DNA of 63,302 nucleotides, the filler included, from Octopus bimaculoides (taxonomy: Eukaryota): the NCBI RefSeq assembly GCF_001194135.2. It is 6 parts of 6 records of this genome, joined end to end, with 100 filler letters (N's around TTAATTAATTAA, not from the genome) between each part and the next. Parts side by side here need not be neighbours in the genome. Positions count along the whole stretch, not along the records: positions 48,678 to 60,885 come from NW_026365539.1; positions 60,986 to 63,302 come from NW_026328563.1; 4 more parts are not named here. One strand, 5' to 3'. Below are positions 53,321 to 63,302 of the stretch, piece by piece. Below the pieces are notes generated by a model. The model made no database searches. It saw only the letters and a program-made list of their open reading frames with translations, and was not told the DNA's origin. The position numbers and the translations under genes are program-made. Numbering within the stretch: position 1 is the first letter of the stretch; each line of letters begins with the position of its first letter.

Positions 53321-53969
53321 ACATGGTTGCCTTATTACTTTCCAGCGAGAAACATTGTAAGNNNNNNNNNNNNNNNNNNNNNNNNNNNNNNNNNNNNNNN
53401 NNNNNNNNNNNNNNNNNNNNNNNNNNNNNNNNNNNNNNNNNNNNNNNNNNNNNNNNNNNNNNNNNNNNNNNNNNNNNNNNNNNNNNNNNNNNNNNNNNNN
53501 NNNNNNNNNNNNNNNNNNNNNNNNNNNNNNNNNNNNNNNNNNNNNNNNNNNNNNNNNNNNNNNNNNNNNNNNNNNNNNNNNNNNNNNNNNNNNNNNNNNN
53601 NNNNNNNNNNNNNNNNNNNNNNNNNNNNNNNNNNNNNNNNNNNNNNNNNNNNNNNNNNNNNNNNNNNNNNNNNNNNNNNNNNNNNNNNNNNNNNNNNNNN
53701 NNNNNNNNNNNNNNNNNNNNNNNNNNNNNNNNNNNNNNNNNNNNNNNNNNNNNNNNNNNNNNNNNNNNNNNNNNNNNNNNNNNNNNNNNNNNNNNNNNNN
53801 NNNNNNNNNNNNNNNNNNNNNNNNNNNNNNNNNNNNNNNNNNNNNNNNNNNNNNNNNNNNNNNNNNNNNNNNNNNNNNNNNNNNNNNNNNNNNNNNNNNN
53901 NNNNNNNNNNNNNNNNNNNNNNNNNNNNNNNNNNNNNNNNNNNNNNNNNNNNNNNNNNNNNNNNNNNNN

Positions 53970-54024
<55 letters not shown>

Positions 54025-54391
54025 ACATTTGCGTCTGTGTGTGTACTGCAGCTATATTTTACGTTTTCGTTTAATAATGGATGATATCATATTAACGTTA
54101 ACCAATCAACTTTTCCTCTGCTCGGTTCTCCGTCCAATCATATCGATTACCCAATAAATAATCCGATACCGGACCGATCCTCCACCAATCACATTTACTC
54201 AACGTAACTGATGTCCTATGTTTATCACACGATATCTGTGTTATTGCTGACTGTGGGTCTATCTTTTTTTAAACAAATGATAACGTCTTAAATTGACTTC
54301 CTTTTTTTTTTTGTATTTGGTTTGCGAGATTCTGGATGTGAGTCCGTGTCTTGAAACAAAATTTGTTGTATCTTAGGAGATTCATTATGCC

Positions 54392-54423
<32 letters not shown>

Positions 54424-54431
54424 TGATGATA

Positions 54432-54783
54432 AATGCCCGGATGCAGTACCAGGCATTGGCTTTCATGGATTCTGATCTTAATTGATTGGCAGTGTGATCA
54501 TGTACATTGTTTTGTCTTGGTATAAAAGATGGGTTACAGCAAATATTCTGCTCAACACCACAGATTTGCTTGTCAGTTGTTTGACCGTAACCAGTTGAGC
54601 ATGTCCCTTGGTGGCTGATAATATGTGCATCTCTGATCATGAGCAGAAGTAGTGAGAGAGCATCATAGTCTTGTGCTGAAAGGAATTCTTTGGGGTTTGA
54701 ATAATTCACCTCTGGAAACATGGGTGTTTCATTCAACATCCTTAAACAACTCTTATTCAGGGACCTTTTGAGCAGGATGGGCT
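54432..54783 (-). repeat. Interspersed retroposon-like repeat with (TTA)n tail; rest in a gap
   Basis: The non-coding body abuts an (ATA)n run as expected for a retroposon 3' end. The family was not verified. Confidence 0.4.
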
Positions 54784-55724
54784 NNNNNNNNNNNNNNNNN
54801 NNNNNNNNNNNNNNNNNNNNNNNNNNNNNNNNNNNNNNNNNNNNNNNNNNNNNNNNNNNNNNNNNNNNNNNNNNNNNNNNNNNNNNNNNNNNNNNNNNNN
54901 NNNNNNNNNNNNNNNNNNNNNNNNNNNNNNNNNNNNNNNNNNNNNNNNNNNNNNNNNNNNNNNNNNNNNNNNNNNNNNNNNNNNNNNNNNNNNNNNNNNN
55001 NNNNNNNNNNNNNNNNNNNNNNNNNNNNNNNNNNNNNNNNNNNNNNNNNNNNNNNNNNNNNNNNNNNNNNNNNNNNNNNNNNNNNNNNNNNNNNNNNNNN
55101 NNNNNNNNNNNNNNNNNNNNNNNNNNNNNNNNNNNNNNNNNNNNNNNNNNNNNNNNNNNNNNNNNNNNNNNNNNNNNNNNNNNNNNNNNNNNNNNNNNNN
55201 NNNNNNNNNNNNNNNNNNNNNNNNNNNNNNNNNNNNNNNNNNNNNNNNNNNNNNNNNNNNNNNNNNNNNNNNNNNNNNNNNNNNNNNNNNNNNNNNNNNN
55301 NNNNNNNNNNNNNNNNNNNNNNNNNNNNNNNNNNNNNNNNNNNNNNNNNNNNNNNNNNNNNNNNNNNNNNNNNNNNNNNNNNNNNNNNNNNNNNNNNNNN
55401 NNNNNNNNNNNNNNNNNNNNNNNNNNNNNNNNNNNNNNNNNNNNNNNNNNNNNNNNNNNNNNNNNNNNNNNNNNNNNNNNNNNNNNNNNNNNNNNNNNNN
55501 NNNNNNNNNNNNNNNNNNNNNNNNNNNNNNNNNNNNNNNNNNNNNNNNNNNNNNNNNNNNNNNNNNNNNNNNNNNNNNNNNNNNNNNNNNNNNNNNNNNN
55601 NNNNNNNNNNNNNNNNNNNNNNNNNNNNNNNNNNNNNNNNNNNNNNNNNNNNNNNNNNNNNNNNNNNNNNNNNNNNNNNNNNNNNNNNNNNNNNNNNNNN
55701 NNNNNNNNNNNNNNNNNNNNNNNN

Positions 55725-55756
<32 letters not shown>

Positions 55757-55990
55757 TCTGTGTGTGCGTTTGTAGCTGTGTTTGTCCCCCCTCCATCACC
55801 GCTTGACAACTGACGTTTGTTTGTTCACATCCCCGTAACCCAGCGGTTCAGCAAAAGACACGGATAGAATAAGTAATGGGCTTCAAAATATATATAAGTC
55901 TTGGCGTTCATTTGGTCGACTAAAACCCTTCAAGGCGGTGCTCCAGCATGGCCCCAGTCAAATGACTGAAGCAAGTAAAAGATTGAATGA
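55725..55990 (+). mobile_element. SINE family B, distal half (after the internal microsatellite)
   Basis: (TA)n...GTGTTTGTCCCC..CGCTTGACAAC...CCCCGTAAC..AGCGGTTC...AAGGCGGTGCTCCAGCATGGCC.CAGTCAAATGACTGAA. Confidence 0.75.
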
Positions 55991-56566
55991 ATAAAAGAAC
56001 ATTTCAAGTGCGTCTAAAAATATAATAGAAATACGCTGAGAACTATAGAAAATATTTGGTCTCTTTGACAAGACAAAAATATGTCTAAGACGCATGGAGC
56101 GTTTAGTCACGTTCCAGGAATATTTTGAACAATATAATATATATATATATACATAGCACAACAAACACTTATAGTATACAAGTTTGTTGCTTCAGTCTTG
56201 TGTAGCTATTGAATTTGTTGAAGATATAAACAGTTTGGCTGCTTACTCTTCTGTGTGTTCGCAAATCGATTAAGGACGTTCATATTTTTTCAGTCTGCGG
56301 ATACATACTTCAATTTGGCCTGTTTGTATATATTTACTATGTAGGTACATACATTATATCCTCCGATAATATTGTGTGGACAGATCCCAGATAACAGGCC
56401 CTGATATTAAATTTGGTGTTAAACATTTGTAGTGTGCAAATTTGAGACTCCAATTCTCTGTAGCTGCTGGATTTGTTGAATATATAAACAGATAAGCTGC
56501 TGTTTACTCTGGAATTGGAAAAGCCATGTACATGCCTCCGATGAGGTATAAAAATTGATTAAAACA

Positions 56567-56775
56567 TTTACTCTTTTACTTGTTTCAGTAATTTGACTGT
56601 GGCCATGCTGGAGCACCGCCTTTAGTCGAGCAAGTCGACCCCAAGGCTTATTCTTTGTAAGCCTAGTACTTATTTTATCGGTCTCTTTTTGCCGAACCGC
56701 TAAGTTACGGGGACGTAAACACACCAGCATCGGTTGTCAAGCGATGGTGAGGGACAAACACAGACACACAAACAC

Positions 56776-56845
<70 letters not shown>

Positions 56846-57014
56846 ATACGACGGGCTTCTTTCAGTTTCCGTCTACCAAATCCACTCACAAGGCTTTTGT
56901 CGGCCCGAGGCTATTGTAGAAGACACTTGCCCAAGGTGCCACGCAGTGGGACTGAACCCGGAACCATGTGGTTGGTAAGCAAGCTACTTACCACACAGCC
57001 ACTCCTGCGCCTAT
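56567..57014 (-). mobile_element. Full-length bipartite SINE family B
   Basis: Minus strand: ATAGGCGCAGGAGTGGCTGTGTGGTAAG (A-box-like)...GGTTCAGTCCC (B-box-like)...GGCACCTTGGGCAAGTGTCTT..., then a TA/TG tract (~56757-56848), the distal half and an AAAAGAGT-type tail. Confidence 0.9.
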
Positions 57015-58961
57015 ACACAGCCACTCCGATCATTTTTGTTTTTCAATCCCAAAGAAATAGTTAAATGTACCATGTTAATATGTCCATGTCGGTTTCATTG
57101 TATGAATGCGTGTGCGTGTGAAAAGGTTGGTTTATGGCAGACTGTTTGATGACGAGATATAACATTTGTAGAAAGGAGTTGCGATGTCTCTGATGCCTTT
57201 GCTTTTGACAACATTTGTTATGTTGGGACTGATATTCGTGGATGACTGCTAGTCTTCCACAAACAACCTTACCCAGACTTGTGCCTTGGAGGGAAACTTT
57301 CTAGGTGCAATCCTATGGTCATTCGTGAACGAAAGCGATATTTATCTTACGCACATTTCATTAACATAAGGTGATTATTATTTACATTAAGTAAATTACA
57401 TAATCAAAGCTTATTGTCAGATCGTCAGAGACGTGTAAGTTTAATAGGCTTGAGAAAACAGTAGTTTGATACTTTAGTAAAACAAAGCAAAATGTTTTAT
57501 AATATTCACTAAAGAAATTTTAGTTTTTTTCATTATATGAAAAGCAGAAGACAGTTTACTTGTAGTTTATGGTTCCTTTCTGAATATTATCTGGTGATAT
57601 GGAAAACAAAATTTCGTTCATAGATAAACACATTATAAGTACGTTTAAAAATATGATACAAATACGATGAAAACCTATAGAAAATATTTGTTCTCTTTGA
57701 CAAGACAAAAATATGTCTAAGACGCATGGAACGTTTAGTCACGTGTGGTAGTGGTGGTGGTGGTGGTGAAAGAAAAAGAAGCAGAAATGCAATATCCTAT
57801 CCTATCCATTAGACCATGCTCACTCACTCTCATATCATTTCTGTTTCTGTGTCCTGTCCTTCTCTCCCTCTGTCTCTGTCTGCCTCTCTTTTCTTCTCTC
57901 TCTCTCTCTATTTACATATCTATCTATCTCTGTATGTGTGAGTATGCATGTGTGCATGTGTATACATATAATTATGAATCAACAGAAAGTTACAAAAAGT
58001 GACTCTAGGGCCGAGGGTTTCGTGCAGTAACAGTTAGGTACCATGCACGAAATTCTCAAACTCTTCGCCCTTGAATCCATTTTGTAACTTACCAATGATT
58101 TAAGATACTTTTTTGCATATGTTTGTGTGTCTATATGTATCTCTGCATGTATATGCTTGTTTATATGTATACGCATGTGTGTATATATATATATAGGTTC
58201 AAAAAAAGGAAAAAGACAAAAAAACAACAAAAAACAAAAACGTGAGGACGTGATACAGATTGTGTTACTAGACGCTCGGGAAAGGAAATATACATATATA
58301 TATATGCGACTGTGCGTGTGAGTGTGCGTATGTGCGTGTATATACGTATGTGTCTTTATACAGGCGTATGTGTTGACATATGNNNNNNNNNNNNNNNNNN
58401 NNNNNNNNNNNNNNNNNNNNNNNNNNNNNNNNNNNNNNNNNNNNNNNNNNNNNNNNNNNNNNNNNNNNNNNNNNNNNNNNNNNNNNNNNNNNNNNNNNNN
58501 NNNNNTATAAGGGCATTACTATACATGAATGCCTCACGCTAAGAGGGACTCTAAGGTCAAACTACCATAATAAACACATTTTTACCGAACGCGAGGAAAT
58601 GCAACTCTCAAAGCTAGCCCCTTAGAAACAGACTAAACTATAGATCATGATTTCGTAGTTATTGCAGTATTATGCAACTTCTACTCGTCAGTATAGTATG
58701 GTCATATATATATATGCGACTGTGCGTGTGAGTGTGCGTATGTGCGTGTATATACGTATGTGTCTTTATACAGGCGTATGTGTTGACATATGCATTCGTG
58801 AACAGACACTAAGAGATTTACGACCCACTCAGTCAGACCCCTGAACCGACTGCGCGGTGCCCAGCCTCACAGCGGGGCTACATGAATGGCTGAACAGTTT
58901 ATTGGCATCTACTTAACTGACATACGAGTGAGTGTGTGTGTGTGTGTGTGTGTGTTATGTA

Positions 58962-58992
<31 letters not shown>

Positions 58993-59109
58993 ACAAAGGA
59001 CCAAAAGTGTGGGTATGGAAGTAACTATATCTGGGCACTGACATACTTAATGTTTTACTTTATTGTATGTTTTATTCTTCTTATTCATCTTATTTTTCGT
59101 TACTACCTG

Positions 59110-59672
59110 TCTGTAATGTGGCAGGTGATGTAATTGTATGGAATAGATGGTAGCTTGTTAAGGGCTGTTCAGAGATTTTATAGAGAAAAGCGGGCGTGCC
59201 TTAGGGTGGGTGGTGAAGTAAATGAGTGGTTTGATGTGAAGGTGGGGTTGCGACAGGGTTGTGTGATGTCTCTGTGGCTATTTGATTGATATATGGAGGG
59301 TGTAGTGAGAGAGGTAAATGGTAGAACCTTTGATACGGGAGCTCAAATGGTGGAAGAAAATGGAGAGAAATGGCAGGTGAGTCAGTTGTTGTTTGATGAT
59401 GATAGAGCACTGGTGGTGGATTCAGAAGAGCAACTGAGGAGACTAGTGGTAGAGTTTGGAAGAGTGTGTGAGAGGAGGAAGCTGAAAGTGATTGTAGCTA
59501 AGAGTAAGGTGATGAGATGTTCGAGAGATGGAATGGCTGGTAGAATGGATGTGTGTATGAATGGTGAAATGTTAGAGAAGGTGAGTTTTAAGTATTTGGG
59601 ATCACATGTGACTGTGGATGTGGAGTTTGCTGAGAGAGTGCAATACAGACTAAGGGAGGGGAGTAAGATACT
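59110..59672 (+). mobile_element. RTE-clade LINE RT fragment (single frame, two stops)
   Basis: LYGIDGSLLRAVQRFY...VKVGLRQGCVMSLWLFD*YMEGVVRE...LLFDDD (for LFADD)...KSKVM...FKYLGS. Confidence 0.9.
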
Positions 59673-59960
59673 TGGAGTACATGCTTATATATATATATAT
59701 ATATATAACAATATATNNNNNNNNNNNNNNNNNNNNNNNNNNNNNNNNNNNNNNNNNNNNNNNNNNNNNNNNNNNNNNNNNNNNNNNNNNNNNNNNNNNN
59801 NNNTGTAGACACATAAATATATATATACATATATATATCTATGTATGTATACATCATTTAGTCTACACGCTTTTTAAATAAGTGCGAGTAGTAGTTTCAT
59901 GCCATGGAGATCCTATGGTGTTTGAGGATTCTACTACACTGTGTATATATATATATATAT

Positions 59961-60038
<78 letters not shown>

Positions 60039-60231
60039 GTTTGTGTGTATTTGTGTATACATATATAAATGTGTGTGTGCCTATATAGTTACATACATAC
60101 ATAGTTATCGATATGCGTCTCTGTATCAGTCTATCAATCACTTGTCCCTGGAAAACAATGCATAAAATATACATATTGGACGGAAGGCAGTACATGATAA
60201 AAACCAAAGATAAAAAGCTAACGAGTCTTAC

Positions 60232-60885
60232 CTGTACCGACAAAAGACTTGCGGCGATGATCAACTGTGAGCAGGAACTGGTGTAGGCAGGTAGATTGGC
60301 CGATTTTCGCCCAGCTCTGAATATCCGGTGAATACGAATGGTTTTCACGAGCAGCGGCGCATAAACCAAGGTGAAACTTAGATTAAATCCTATATAGTTG
60401 ATGTAACAAATACTATTGCTGGGCGAAGCCATAAAGCTGATGACCAACATGTAAGCAACCGATATACCGAACAACATCAACTGGCTTAGTTCCCGACTGG
60501 ATGCACGTATTGGACGGTCGTTGCGGTATTGAAAAAATATCAGCACGATAACGATGCAACTGAAAGAACCGATTGAAGCCACCGAGCAGACGATAATGGC
60601 CGTCTTGTCGCTGATTTGAATGAAGTGAGGCGGTATTTTCTCACAGGCCTTCTGCTGCTCGTCTACAGGCCAATAAAACTCGGGGCAGATTTTACAAATG
60701 GACAAGTTTTCGTCTGTGATTTCGTTATTTTTACATTTGCGGCATTCCCAACAACAGGTCTCTTTTGGAAAGTAATATATGGAACCGGCTGGACAGCGAT
60801 CGCCGCATTTCAAAACTGGGGGCGTCCGAGAGAAGTTTCCATCCGACGTCGCTGTTGTCGGCGGCCAACGGAGTTGGTCTTCGTC
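60232..60885 (-). CDS. Internal exon (partial; 5' end in a gap) of a class C GPCR, metabotropic-glutamate-receptor-like: cysteine-rich domain + TM1-TM3 + start of TM4
   Basis: 218 open codons run from the gap edge: DEDQLRWP...PPVLKCGDRCPAG...TCCWECRKC...ICKICP..YWP...ACEKIP (all nine cysteines), IRASSRELS, YAPLLVKTIRIHRIF, SQLIIAASLLSVQ. A strong donor CAG|GTAAGA follows at 60232/60231. The listed ORF 59863-60813 starts at a TTG and reads into the intron. Confidence 0.93.
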
Positions 60886-60988
60886 NNNNNNNNNNNNNNN
60901 NNNNNNNNNNNNNNNNNNNNNNNNNNNNNTTAATTAATTAANNNNNNNNNNNNNNNNNNNNNNNNNNNNNNNNNNNNNNNNNNNNTAT

Positions 60989-61590
60989 ATTCATACAGGT
61001 GAGGATCCTTATCATTTTGATATCTGTGGTAAATCAGTCTACCGGATTATAAAGTAATTTAACTAAGCATAAACTAATTCATCGGAGAGCGAAATCATAT
61101 TAGTGTGATATCTTTGGGAAATCGTTCTCTAGACGTTGTGGCCTAACTAAACACAAGTGCACTCATACAGGTGAAAAGCCATATCACAGTGACATTTACG
61201 GTAACTCATTCTAGCAATGACTAATTTAACTATTCACACAGGCGAGGGAGAGACCATATCACGATGATATTTGTGGTAAATCGTTCCCAACAAGTAATAA
61301 AGTAACCATACACAAGCAGAGGGGAAACCCCCCACCACCACCATATCGTTGTTATGTCTGTGGGAAATTATTCTCTCAAAAGGGTCCCTTAACTATTCAT
61401 TCCGAAGAGAAAGCTTATTATTGAGGCATGTTACTGATATTGTGGTATATCATTAAAAAAATACAATTAACTAAACATGTATCTAATTAAACAGAAGAGT
61501 TACTGTACCAATGTCAAAAATCATTTGTGAAAGAGATGCCTTAAATAATAATAAAGGTATCCACACAGGAAAGAAGATATAACTGTGTGT
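60989..61590 (+). pseudogene. Decayed tandem C2H2 zinc-finger array (about 7 finger remnants)
   Basis: IHTGEDPYHFDICGKS; Y*CDIFGKSFSRRCGLTKHKCTHTGEKPYHSDIYGNSF*; ERPYHDDICGKSF; PYRCYVCGKLFSQKGPLTIH. It carries stops, frameshifts and lost Cys ligands. Confidence 0.88.
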
Positions 61591-62338
61591 TATAGCAATC
61601 GCTTAACACTTTATTTTATATAATCATATCAATATCCACTGTTAGTTCGAAGCTATATAATTTATTTAATATATTTGATACTAAATGCTAGAATGCTTCG
61701 GCCATGCATGCACGTGCAAGTGGTTGTGTTAATGCTTATGGAGGTTAGAGGTTAAGAGGAAGAAATACTTAGAATTCTCTAATTGTAATGCAGCTGTTTG
61801 TGAAAGGTTCATTATCAGATTAATTACGACAATGACAGGTGAAAGATCTAATAATAGACATTAGATAAATAACTATAAATCTAATCAGCTAATCATCAGT
61901 GGAGTAATTAGTAACTGACGAAATCACTCTGTCTCTCTGTCTGTATGTCTGATTGTCTATCTGCCTCTCTCTCTCTCTCTCTCCCCAGGCGTAACTTAGA
62001 GTAGAATATAACGATGTTTCAAATAAAAACAAAACAGATTGTAGTAAGAAACCACATTTATTTCTTCATTAATAAAAGTTAAAGATTATATTGAAAATTA
62101 AAAGTGAAATTAGCAGTTAGAAAATATTTATAGAATTACAAATCAAATCACATGATGTTAGATTTTGTGTGTTACAGAAAAATGAGGAGGTTTAAATTAC
62201 ATTGTGGTTTATAAAGTGTCTAAGTTTCATAGTGTTGTATTGATAGATAAAAATGAAGTTCACTTGTACACAAGTATGTTTAATGTAATATAAGAAGAAA
62301 AGAAGATATTCAAAGAGATTGGTTTTTCTTATTTTTAA

Positions 62339-62391
62339 TTATGTTCTCGTCTCTGCTGTTCCAACGTCTGTTTCATTACCAGAACTTGAAC
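62339..62391 (-). CDS. Candidate terminal coding exon ((S)SSSGNETDVGTAETRT*) followed by an AT-rich 3' UTR
   Basis: Acceptor TGTTCTCATTGTGTTTCCAG| at 62392, an open phase-1 frame to TAA at 62341-62339, and AATAAA on the minus strand near 62058-62063. Confidence 0.4.
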
Positions 62392-62602
62392 CTGGAAACA
62401 CAATGAGAACACTTCTATAACATAAACTAAAATAACTCTAGCCCTTATATAATATATAATCCCAGTTGTCATCTACTGTTTCCCCATACAAGGAAGATAT
62501 GAATTACAGAAGAATCATACACAATTTATACTCAAAAACACAATTTATATTGAAAACACCCGTTACAGAAACTAGGAGTGAGAATTTAATTATCAGGAAT
62601 AT

Positions 62603-62792
62603 TTTGGCTACTATGTGTGGGGCGCAGTTGAGTGACGGACCAACAAAACTCCCTGTCACACCAAAAATGAACTGAAGGCAGGGATTACAGCAGATTCACC
62701 AACTTTACACGGAGACCGTCCAGAAGAGTTGCAGACGATTTCGAAGTCGTCGGGGGGCTGTCGTTGAAGCCAATGGCGATTTCATTGAATAA
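62603..62792 (+). mobile_element. Tc1/mariner-superfamily (maT/DD37D-like) transposase C-terminal relic
   Basis: (D>G)YYVWGAVE*RTNKTPCHTKNELKAGITA, frameshift, then ETVQKSCRRFRSR.GAVVEANGDFIE*. Confidence 0.75.
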
Positions 62793-63178
62793 GTTTACAC
62801 TTTAGTCTTTCAAAATATTTGCATGTATTCCTGGTGATTATCTGTCAAAATGAGGTGTCAGCATTATTTTCCTTTTTGCTTAATTTAGAAGACGGTTTAA
62901 ACATCTCAGCCTATATACACACACAGACACACACATATAGATACATACATACACACACGCACACACACACACACACACACATACACACACACATATATAT
63001 ATATATGTATATATATATATACATATATACATACAGATGGTCACGATGTTGACAATGGTTTATGCTGGTGTTTGTGATTAGCCCTATCATGACATATTGG
63101 TCTTGGTTATGGTAGTAGTAGTATGTTATGGTAGTAGTAGTTATGGTAGTAATAAGAAAGATCAAATTGCACTTACTT

Positions 63179-63301
63179 TTATTGGTTTTCACAACTTATA
63201 TTGTCGTCCCCTTTCTTTTGGTTACATAAACACGAGCAAATGACATCTCTGGCATCTTTCTTGCATATACAATAGAATATGAAGATAAACATTCCGAGAA
63301 G
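63179..63301 (-). CDS. Partial exon: probable TM7/helix-8/C-tail of an adhesion/secretin-class GPCR
   Basis: LLGMFIFIFYCICKKDARDVICSCLCNQKKGDDNISCENQ* resembles the TM7 motif (Q/L)GxFIFxFxCxxxxxVR. A consensus donor |GTAAGT lies at 63176. It is too short for the ORF track. Confidence 0.5.
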   Translation of the reverse strand, partial: LLGMFIFIFYCICKKDARDVICSCLCNQKKGDDNISCENQ

Positions 63302-63302
63302 G

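Noticed and set aside
56037-57743. ~75-bp direct repeat at ~56037 and ~57670
   Set aside because: Probably two fragments of a dispersed repeat or an old local duplication; no termini or coding signal to support more.

Overview
AT-rich, gap-ridden eukaryotic genomic DNA dominated by microsatellites, tRNA-derived SINEs and decayed retro/DNA transposons. The HTGEKPYHCDICGKSF-type zinc-finger relics, the SINE repertoire and the microsatellite load suggest an octopus (coleoid cephalopod) draft assembly; this is inference, not a database match. Almost all ORFs in the supplied track are artefacts of microsatellites and N runs. The only convincing host coding sequence is one large minus-strand exon of a divergent class C (mGluR-like) GPCR (60232-60885: nine-cysteine domain plus TM1-TM4). 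I could not find its other exons in the resolved sequence. At the right edge, the ORF track misses a probable TM7/C-tail exon of a second, adhesion/secretin-type GPCR (63179-63301) and a candidate terminal exon (62339-62391). Mobile elements recognised by translation are Penelope-like elements (RT + GIY-YIG), CR1/Jockey and RTE LINE fragments, mariner, rosa (DD41D) and maT-like transposon relics, a Helentron-type HINE, and three modular SINE families. The most unusual structures are an inverted pair of hammerhead-ribozyme-like motifs next to a Penelope element, a 59-bp circularly permuted inverted duplication, and a patchwork of nested palindromes. I see no evidence for a complete new multi-gene system. 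The findings are candidates that need checking.
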